A stretch of 63,886 bases of DNA, the filler included, from Intoshia linei (taxonomy: Eukaryota; Animalia; Orthonectida), in NCBI GenBank assembly GCA_001642005.1. It is 8 parts of 8 records of this genome, joined end to end, with 100 filler letters (N's around TTAATTAATTAA, not from the genome) between each part and the next. Parts side by side here need not be neighbours in the genome. Positions count along the whole stretch, not along the records: positions 28,266 to 55,331 come from LWCA01000452.1; positions 55,432 to 56,952 come from LWCA01002596.1; positions 57,053 to 58,339 come from LWCA01002691.1; positions 58,440 to 59,897 come from LWCA01002607.1; positions 59,998 to 62,546 come from LWCA01002282.1; positions 62,647 to 63,886 come from LWCA01002713.1; 2 more parts are not named here. One strand, 5' to 3'. This document shows, piece by piece, positions 54,431 to 63,886 of this stretch. Below the pieces are notes generated by a model, which searched no databases, was not told where the DNA came from, and was given only the letters and a program-made list of their open reading frames with translations. Each line of letters begins with the position of its first letter. Positions within the stretch are counted from its first letter, which is position 1. A program made the position numbers and the translations under genes.

Positions 54431-55331
54431 TAGGGTGGACATAATTTCAATATTTATAAATTTCTGATAGGACAAGATTCAAAAGTTTTCGTTTTAATTA
54501 GCAGACATAAAATCCAAAATCTTAACAAAATTCAAAAAGTGTATAAGGATGCTCAAGAGCACAGAATATCAAATTATTATTTAAATATGAATATTAAGAG
54601 TATTACTTACTTATATAATCAAATTAATTCTAGAAAAGCCAAATAAAGTTTAATTAATAGTTTTGAATGTAGAATAAAATTGTGATAATTTTTTATACAT
54701 AATTATTAAATTTATTCAAAACTATATTTTCTAAATTTTTGAAGTTTTTGCATGTCGGGACAACGTTATCCATCAATGCAAGAGATCTTTCGCATATCTC
54801 ATTGGTGAAAGATATATATTTATAAACTGTATAGTTTTATTCCAATGTTTCATTAGGCAACAATACGCTTTAGAATATTTAGATGATATTACAGGTCCTA
54901 AACAGTATTCAAGAGGTTCCCAAAAAGCTATTTTCTGATCACGACATGTAAACCAACAATTGCTCCATACATATGATATAAAATTACACGCTTCGATCAT
55001 AATTTCTGTCCTATCCAAATTTAGAATGAAGGCTTTGAGGCAGTAAATGCTTCTAGAATTCCATCTAGCATTCGATATATTGCATGGTTTCTTGAAATTC
55101 ATTTTTGGATTGGAATTATATTTTCTAAGTTTCTTTTTGTAATTCAGTAAATATTGTATCACTTTTGAAATTAGTCAGAGTTCGAAGAGCAATCATCTTA
55201 AAAAATCCATCCGATGTGAGACACACCGATAAAAATTCCACAATATTATTATCATAACCACGAGCACTTTTTCCGTAAAATTGAATACAGAAATCTTTCT
55301 TGAATGTATCAATGTCTATTTTAATTTTATC
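54431..55331 (-). mobile_element. hATm-like DNA transposon remnant
   Basis: Terminus TAGGGTG; motif KKPCNISNARWNSRSIYCLKAFIL resembles the 'HARWM.KAIY.LK' motif of hATm-type transposases; frameshifted. Confidence 0.55.
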
Positions 55332-55431
55332 NNNNNNNNNNNNNNNNNNNNNNNNNNNNNNNNNNNNNNNNNNNNTTAATTAATTAANNNNNNNNNNNNN
55401 NNNNNNNNNNNNNNNNNNNNNNNNNNNNNNN

Positions 55432-56169
55432 AATATATTAATAAATTTAATTTTTTTTCATTTAATTTATCAGTATACATTGAAATAATTGTTTCTTGAG
55501 ATTATAATGGCTGGGATGATGAAACTAAATTATATACTTCCATTGGAATTGGTAAATTTGAACTTATGGTGGCCGGATAAGAGTAAAGGCTTAATTTATT
55601 TGTTTGTTTTCATCTTTTCAGAATACAGAAATAGCAGTCATTCGCATTTTCTGAATGTTTATATATTCTAGTTGTCACAAATCTCTTTTTAAATCTCATT
55701 ATAGACAATTGCCCGTTTGATATAGATTTGAGGGATTTCAAAGTTGATTCTCGTACATTAAACTGTATATTTGCATTATCAAATTTTTACATTTATCAGT
55801 TATAGAGTAACATTTTTTAGTGTTTGGCAAATATATACCACATCAAAAGCAATAATATGTTTCGTTTATTTCATAGACATGCATTTTAAATTAATAAATA
55901 AATATTCAAACTTAAGAAACTTCATTTTTTTTAAAGTAAACATTATTTTGAATGATATAATTGGTCAATTTTAGAATTGAAGTAAAACTTTGTTATATTT
56001 TTTTTAACATTAAAAGTGTTAATAAATGGGTTATATGAACTAAAACTTATAAATATATTATATCATTAAAATCAGCNCTTATAAATATATTATATCATTA
56101 AAATCAGCGCTAGATTATCCACAAGATGGTATTATTTTATACAGATGTATTTTTCAGTGTTGTCTAGTG
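55432..56169. mobile_element. Second copy of the CACTA-ended element (right part)
   Basis: Near-identical to 23850-24560; ends TGTTGTCTAGTG. Confidence 0.75.
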
Positions 56170-56179
56170 TTATATACAC

Positions 56180-56472
56180 ATTCTGTCTAATACATTAAAA
56201 AAATGGGATAAAAATTGTTTTTAAAATTCTTTACTCAAATGTTAACAAAACAAAATTAAGATGGAATAATTCACTTTAAATTAAAAAGTAATGTGATATG
56301 ACGGTTCCACTTGAAACAAGTTTGGGAGCCACTCTTATATAGGATTGATAATAGTGAATAGTAGGATTTTTAAGTTAGTTTTTCAACGTGAATTTATTTT
56401 TTTGGTAAAATAAAAATGTGCCCTCGGCAGAGCTAGGTGCTGTTTGTACGTAGTACATAACAGTCAACCTAG
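56180..56472 (+). mobile_element. Helitron-like repeat 3' fragment
   Basis: Ends gcagagctaggtgctgtttgtacgtagtacataacagtcaacCTAG|T. Confidence 0.75.
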
Positions 56473-57140
56473 TAGCCTTATAATTTTCTTTGCAATAGCG
56501 GTTGAGTAGCACTAATCTAAAACATAATGTCTTACCTTTTATTACACTAAAGATTTGTATTGCAATGTAAATACAATGGTACAGTAGCGAATTTCCTAAA
56601 TATATTACAATTTGAACCAAGTAATCACTTAATTGTGTATTATAATAATTATAATTATTGAATATTAATATCAATCAATAAATTAAAACCATTTTCATAT
56701 ATTAATACATCGTAATTTGTACAATATATTAATGTTTAAGAATTATACTACAGTGTCAGTGTCAAATTTACTTGATACAAGAAAATTTCAATTAACAATA
56801 ATTAAATTAACCTAAATGCAATTAAATATTTAAAACCAAGTTTTAAAAACATATCGTTTCTTTTGAAGTAACAATTCATTACCAATTAAAACAAATTGTT
56901 CATTGCTACGCAATTTTTAAATTTCAAATTTTCATTTTCAAAACATTTTTATNNNNNNNNNNNNNNNNNNNNNNNNNNNNNNNNNNNNNNNNNNNNTTAA
57001 TTAATTAANNNNNNNNNNNNNNNNNNNNNNNNNNNNNNNNNNNNNNNNNNNNTTTCTAGCTCAATTTTTTTGGATTTTATTAACGATTTAATTTTTCGAA
57101 TTCTGGCTATTTACATTATTCAAAAAATTTAACACTCTAA

Positions 57141-57327
57141 TGGTCATGTTTGCATTTGATATGGTCATATTTGTATTTGATAAGGTCAATTTTTAAAAAT
57201 TGATTGTAACGATCGTAAATCATCGACAATTGATATGAACTAAGCTTTAGCTACATCGGAGGCTAGAGTCATCAATAATCGCTCCTTATCAAATGCAAAT
57301 ATGACCATATCAACTATAAGCATGACC
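57141..57327. repeat. Long inverted repeat (MITE-like fold-back)
   Basis: ggtcatg...tgatatggtcatatttgtatttgataagg pairs with ccttatcaaatgcaaatatgaccatatca...catgacc. Confidence 0.7.
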
Positions 57328-58066
57328 TACATTTTTTGAACATGACTATATAAAATTGAGAACATCTATATTATTTACGTTATATTTTTATGGTAAATAA
57401 ATGTATTAATAAATTTTAAATTTTAACTACATTATGTTTATGCACATTCAATAGAGTTTAATTTTCTAAACATTACCATGTACCGTTATTACTTTTTATT
57501 CAACATTGGCGCAATTATGATGCATTCCTTTTGAGAATGTATTTTAAAATATCGTATATTTTATTTTTTTATGTTATAATAGTATAATAGAGCCTTAATA
57601 TTAAATTTTTTATAATAATTTTGTAATATCTTAAAAATATACAAATCAAACTAACAAAAAACGTAAAAAGTAATAAAGTAGCATGTAATTTAATTTTATC
57701 GTTTTTTTATTTTATGACAGATAATATAAACTCAACTATAATAATGATAATTTTTAATGTGAAAGATTTTTTATGAAAATTTTATTTCCGCTAATGACAA
57801 TTGTACTCTAGTATCAGTTTAATGAGTGAGTTTATTAACTTAAAAATTTTAATATTGACATAATATTTATAAATAAACCATTAAATATACTGAAGGTTCA
57901 TATATTGGTAAATCGTAATCAAACTATCACATGTGGTTTTTAATTTGTATATGGATTTTGTTTTTCAAAAATTCAACCCAAATTCATTATCAGGGTAGTA
58001 ATAGAGTTCACAAAAATAATGATAAAGTAAATAATATTTTTAAAAAAGTATAATTTTATATTTAGG

Positions 58067-58339
58067 ATTGGTTTTCATATGATAATGGGATAATAAAATC
58101 TGTGCCAGGTGTAAATCTATATCTACTTACTTTTGGGTTTTGGGTTAATGGAATTTATTTTATGGATACATACAAGTGTTCAGAACGAGTAAATGTGATT
58201 TGTATGAACAAGATTAGATTCGTAAGGTATAATGGAAACAATTACACAATGAAGTATTTTTTTCGATGTAACCAACGCAGAGAAGACTACGATAAAATAG
58301 CATCTTGTGAAAGTATGTATATTGAATCGATATCAGAAA
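58067..58339 (+). CDS. Exon fragment of a Cys-containing, probably extracellular protein (weakly C-type-lectin-like)
   Basis: Acceptor TTTAG, then an open frame to the spacer: DWFSYDNG...MDTYKCSERVNVICMNK. Confidence 0.3.
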
Positions 58340-58726
58340 NNNNNNNNNNNNNNNNNNNNNNNNNNNNNNNNNNNNNNNNNNNNTTAATTAATTAANNNNN
58401 NNNNNNNNNNNNNNNNNNNNNNNNNNNNNNNNNNNNNNNTTTATAATAAAGTTACAATAAAAACGACATTACTTATGAAACGACCTAATACTACCTGATA
58501 TAACAATTGACATTCGTTTCGTCAACTGTTTTTATTGTGAAACATTAGACTTACTTTTCACAGTTACTGGAAACTGTGAACTTGTGAACTGATTTCAAGT
58601 TAAAATGTGTCTAATGACAGAATCTATATAATTTACTATTTATATTAGATAGAATACATAATAGAATAGAGACAGAAAGATTTTTATCTTATGAACTAGA
58701 ATTTATTTGATTGTCTATTTTTTTAG

Positions 58727-59426
58727 CTTTCAGATGTTACGGAAGGAGGTTTTACCATTTTCAACAAAATTGGACTTAAATTAAAACCCAAAAAGGCAAT
58801 TCATTATTTATTTATTATACTTTAGTTTTCAAAAATCACTATCTGAGAAGCGATAACACTTTATACAGCAATTATAATTGAGAATTTAGTATCATCAATT
58901 ATTACGTATTAATTGGGTCACTTTTTATAGTAAAAAGTATTGAGGTCAACTTATATAAAAACATTAACCAATTAATTGGATATTTAATTGTGATGAATTA
59001 CTTCTAAATGTAGGAAACACTGAACTTTACAGTAACTATAGTTACACGATTTTACTATACTCCAAGTCTTTGTCTCGATCAAACAGATTTCATAAAAAAT
59101 GAAACCGTTGCAACGACGAAACTCAATAAAAACTTGTCATAAATTTACATTTACATACATTAAACTTTGTCTATAAGAACGGTTATTAGTTGTTTTTTAT
59201 AAACAGTGTTTTTATAGGGAGTTTTTACTGTACCTTAAAAATATACAATGTATATTATACATATACATTATTGGATATGTATATTAAAATATAAAATAAA
59301 GTTATAATAATTATAAATATAACATTTAGGGTAGTATTGCTTTATGGTTTAATTTATTGCCGAATGGTGAATCTGATAACTTAACTCAGCATGCTGGATG
59401 TCCTGTTCTACTTGGAAATAAATGGA
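58727..59426 (+). CDS. P4HA: Prolyl 4-hydroxylase alpha subunit, two internal exons (58727-58795, 59330-59426)
   Basis: LSDVTEGGFTIFNKIGLKLKPKK|GSIALWFNLLPNGESDNLTQHAGCPVLLGNKW matches the catalytic C-terminus (H..CPVL.G.KW). Confidence 0.88.
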
Positions 59427-59997
59427 GTAATTTTTATTCAAATATGACTATACTGACAGTATTTTTATATTTTTTTTGTATCCAACTCTAATTTGAAGCT
59501 TCAATCGATTTGTTTTAATTTTTTAAAAGTATTTTTTATCTGTTTTTATTTCGTACCATTTGAAAATTCAAAGTGTTTACAAAAATTTACAAAAATATTT
59601 ACTAACTATTAACAATGTACCCCACCTAGTTATAATAGGTACGGGGAATAGCAATATTATAAAAGAGTTGTTTTAACTGCTTGTTTTTTAGTGTTAAAAA
59701 TTTCATACTGGATATTAATTCATCTATAGTTGAATATTTTTTCCTAATTTTACGTGCAAAGGTGAAAAACTTTTAGAATGAAATAGAAGTGTTTGTTTCA
59801 ATTTTTGTTTTTAAAATTTGATTTAAATATATACATTATAATTAATTATTATTTATATATATATAATATAAATAATAAAAATAAAATGACTATTAATNNN
59901 NNNNNNNNNNNNNNNNNNNNNNNNNNNNNNNNNNNNNNNNNTTAATTAATTAANNNNNNNNNNNNNNNNNNNNNNNNNNNNNNNNNNNNNNNNNNNN

Positions 59998-61333
59998 CAA
60001 ATTATTTTGCAATATATGTAGTAAAATTATTAAATGCGAAAAAAAATTTCAATTATATAAAATATCCAAGTTTATGAGGTTAATTTTTGACAATATTCAG
60101 CAAATATACCTACTAAAAAGGGAAGTTTCCATCGATGAAACCATGATTGGTCATAAGGGCCGCCTCTCATTTAGACAGTATAATCCAGGAAAAAGTCACA
60201 AATATTGAATAAAAATGTTCAAATTATGTGACATGACTGGTTATGTATGGAATGCATCTATATATTGTGGTAAAGGTAGTAGCAATCTAAGACCTGGATC
60301 ATTCTGGATCTATAGTTATTGATCTAGGTGAACAATTACTGAATTCGGTAGAGTATTTGTGGCTGATAACTGGTACAGCAGTATTTCCCTTGCAAAATAT
60401 ATACCGAAAAATTCAACGGAGTATTATGGAACTCTCCGGAAATATCTGCCATATGAAGTAACGAAAGCAGTCATTAGCACATCTCAGATTTGTGGAGCTG
60501 TCAACACAGATGGTATACGGATCATGAAATATTATGATAAAAGAGAAGTATTGATGATATCTACATTTCATGGAATGAATTATGATTTGATTAAAAGGAA
60601 GTGGAGGAATGGTAAAGAAATATCGAAACCCCATGTAATCCTGGATTATAACAGAGTGAAAGGGGGAATTAATTTATCTGACCAATTAATAGAATACTAT
60701 AATTTTGCTAGAAAATCTATAAAATGGTACAGAAAAATTGTTTTTCAATTGATTAGTATATCCGTGTTGAATAGCTCTATAATTTATAATAACTATTATA
60801 ATCTTAGCTTAAAAATGACACTAGCCGAATTCTCTGAGTCAATTATTAAGGAACTAATTAAACCAAAAACGGCTTGTACCAATTCTAAGCCAAAATCTCA
60901 TCCATTAACAATAATTGGATCGCGAAATGGAAAATTTATTCGGAGGCGATGTAAAAGCTGCTATCAAGTTTTATCCAACAATAATAACCGGGAAAATGCT
61001 TAACTCAGAACAAAAAAAACGACCACGGAATGTAAACTTTGCAACAAATCTCTTTGTCTACTTTGCTACAATCTAAAACATGAAAATCTATAGCCTATTT
61101 ATCATATATACTTTAATTAAATCATTATAATTTTTTGAAGATTATTTAGTTTATTCGATATCATTAATAAATTTGGTTTAAAAATTTTTAAAAACACCCC
61201 TATAAAGTTTTGCTAAAAAAAATTTACTAAAAACTCTCCTATATAGTTTGGTTAAGAAAATAAAGTTTTAAGAGCATAAATAAGGTTTTACAAGATATTT
61301 ACTGAGTACCACTGGTGGTTCTCAGTGAAATGG
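59998..61333 (+). mobile_element. piggyBac element, PGBD4-like transposase pseudogene with 3' end
   Basis: VSIDETMIGHKGRLSFRQYNPGKSHKY*IK, DNWYSS, GGINLSDQ, KWYRK and a C-terminal Cys-rich domain; contains stops and frameshifts. Ends CAGTGAAATGG|TTAA (61334-61337). Confidence 0.9.
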
Positions 61334-61705
61334 TTAAGAAAAAACTTGAACATAAACAAGTCTTTCTTGTAACAGATGAAAGTGATATTGCTGGAGAAAA
61401 ATATATCAATATTTTGATGGGAACATTGAATGAACCCCATACAACATATTTAGTTGGGTTGAGACACATATCAGTATCTCCAAATGCTACAATGATAGCA
61501 CAGATTATTGATGATACCATAAGGTATATAAATATAAAAAGAGAAAATTTTATCCTTTTATTAACGGATGCTGCTATATACATGACCTGTGCGTCTCGTT
61601 ACCTGAAACCAATGTACAATATGCTGTTTCACGTTACTTGCACATCACATTTAGTACACAACTATGCTATGAAGATAAGATCCAATTTTACAGACGTTGA
61701 TTTTA
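61334..61705 (+). pseudogene. hAT-related (DUF659/CGGBP1-like) transposase fragment
   Basis: VFLVTDESDIAGEKYINILMGTL...LLLTDAAIYM...HVTCTSHLVHNYAMKIR (TDAA.YM and HVTC..H..H motifs). Confidence 0.7.
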
Positions 61706-63199
61706 TGAGCTCGATTTCTCGGCAGAGCTAGGTGTTGTTAGTACGTAGTACATAACAGTACTCTACAAAAACGGTAAGACACAGAAGGCACATACAAAAA
61801 TGGCACACATTTATAATTACGTACTTATGAAATACATATCCACAAAATATCAGACTTTAGAATGTTAATGTTTATGGCGGACTATCAAAAGATCGTAAAA
61901 AAATAAACTTCATATCTAAACTAAATATAGTAAATTGAATTGGATAAAAAATATTGGTAAAAGGTTATTTAAGGGGTGGTAAAATTTTGATTTTTTCTTA
62001 TAAGATTTTAGTGAATATGATGATTGAATCAAATGTTCTAAAAATGTATCATTCACCCCTGGGTTAGCAGTCACCCGATGGGTAGCACTGAGTTAGATTT
62101 TGTGTAAAATATATAGCTGGAAACATGCGACCTCATCTGATTTCTGTTTGTATAATGTATAAAGTACATAACAGACAAGCTAGTACAATATGAAATGAAA
62201 AAACATGATACAAACCAAAAAAATCAATAAAGTAGCATCACAACAAATGAGTTAAAAAAATCACTAAAAAAAGTTAACATAAGTCATCAAACTATTGAAC
62301 AAGACAAACAAGTTTACAAAATAATTTATTTATTAACTTGACAATATAAATATCATATTAACATTTATATGTAATTTTCTTCGAATAAAGATTTCAATTG
62401 AGATTTGAGTTGACCTAATTTTGGATTATTGTAGCTGTAACGATAATAAATTGGGCCTCGTCAAATTTTTCTCTTTTTATACATCTGATTTGACTTGTCA
62501 TCAAATTGTGTATAAAAACTTCAACCATTGGAACGTACTGTCGCAGNNNNNNNNNNNNNNNNNNNNNNNNNNNNNNNNNNNNNNNNNNNNTTAATTAATT
62601 AANNNNNNNNNNNNNNNNNNNNNNNNNNNNNNNNNNNNNNNNNNNNCGTATGAATCATATATATATCAAATAAGATCTGTTATAATATATTAGAAGATAT
62701 ATTTGGTTTTTTTAATTTTGCCATATCCTCAGTATGTGGAAATATAAACGATCAGTTGACAAAAAATTTTTATTATTTTAAAAATATAATATCGGATAAA
62801 AAAATTATTGGACATTTTGATGGTCGTCAATGTAAAAATTAGTCAAATTAAGTAGTTAAAAATTAATAATATGCGTCCAATACACTTTATTATAATATTA
62901 TTATGGAAAACACGAATCTAGAAAATTGTAATTTAATTTAGAATAAATCAATAATTAAAATTAAATATGGTCTTATATACATATTTTTCATTATTAAAAT
63001 ATATACAAAGTTGATTTATATTGTATTTAAGCTATATTAAATATAATTCAAATACGTTTTATTATTAAAAATTTTAGTTTTTATTAAATTAAGATAATAA
63101 AAAACTCTTTTATAAGCATGGTTATATTTTATTTAATTGGATTTATGGTCTTACAAGTGTAATACTTCTGTTTTACATCTTTATCTGTTTTACTCAAAA

Positions 63200-63350
63200 A
63201 TAAGTATCAAAAAATAAATATATTTGCTACTTCAAAATTGCTTAGCTCAACCTCGTTGGAATGCGCTCTCTTTAATGTCAATTGAGAATGATATCGGTTT
63301 TGATAATATCATATCTGATTACTGTTAGAAAAAAGTGAAAAAACAACAAT
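63200..63350 (+). mobile_element. hAT transposase C-terminal remnant (ZMYM1-like)
   Basis: LAQPRWNALSLMSIENDIGFDNIISDYC*KK resembles the QERLN.LALLSIE..I..D.IID.F motif. Confidence 0.5.
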
Positions 63351-63886
63351 TGTGAAGAATTGTCAAAAATTTTTTGTAAAATTTGGTTAACGCGATATTT
63401 TTTTATGTCTAATTTTTAAATTAAAGTAGTAAAATATGAATTTACCACGTTTTTTAAAATTTGTACCCAATTTTCATAGTACAATTTTTATTCAAAGTTA
63501 CATTTTCATATTATATTTAACACAAAGTGCATTTACTATACAAATTACTTAAATATAATATCTAATTTTCTAAATAAATATACAAATGAATAAAAAAATA
63601 AAATGAAACGTTATTAATACAGCGGTTTATTTTTAATTAATATAATAAAAAAATATTAACTTATAAAAAAAACTATGTAACTTTATAAAAATTTTCTAAT
63701 TACAAAACATAAACTTCAAATTGGCAAAAGTAAATTTCTATTTTACAATACATTTTTTTTCAAATTAATATTTTTTTAAATCGACTTTTAAAAAATTTTA
63801 ACAATCTAATAATAATACTATATCAATCTATTTCATATAAATAATATAAAATTAAAATGACTTGTTAAATCGCAAGTAAATGTAAA

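Overview
Very AT-rich eukaryotic (animal) genomic DNA, not prokaryotic. It is a run of contigs joined by seven artificial 100-nt spacers (N44-TTAATTAATTAA-N44). Genes are spliced, and many introns are only 33-43 nt, which points to a compact invertebrate genome; an orthonectid such as Intoshia would fit, but that is inference only. Recognisable genes: a SUEL-lectin/CUB-like membrane protein, the 3' part of exportin-T, the 3' part of GMP synthase, a complete Src42A/FRK kinase, an SKP2-like F-box/LRR gene, CPEB1/Orb, tRNA-Ser(GCT), a TWIK-type K2P channel and two exons of prolyl 4-hydroxylase alpha. Splicing by hand also gave genes the ORF track misses or splits: a FYVE/Rabphilin-like zinc finger plus EF-hand gene, a 3-exon coiled-coil gene, and a long N-terminal extension of CPEB. 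Most non-coding DNA is DNA-transposon derived: a non-autonomous Helitron family (about 9 copies or fragments), hAT/Buster MITEs with 8-bp target-site duplications (TSDs), a CACTA-ended element, a hATm-like remnant, a dead piggyBac and a ~30-bp minisatellite. Several insertions are nested, with empty-site controls inside the window. I found no CRISPR array or other prokaryotic system, and nothing I can firmly call a new biological system. All exon coordinates were read by eye and may be off by a few nt.
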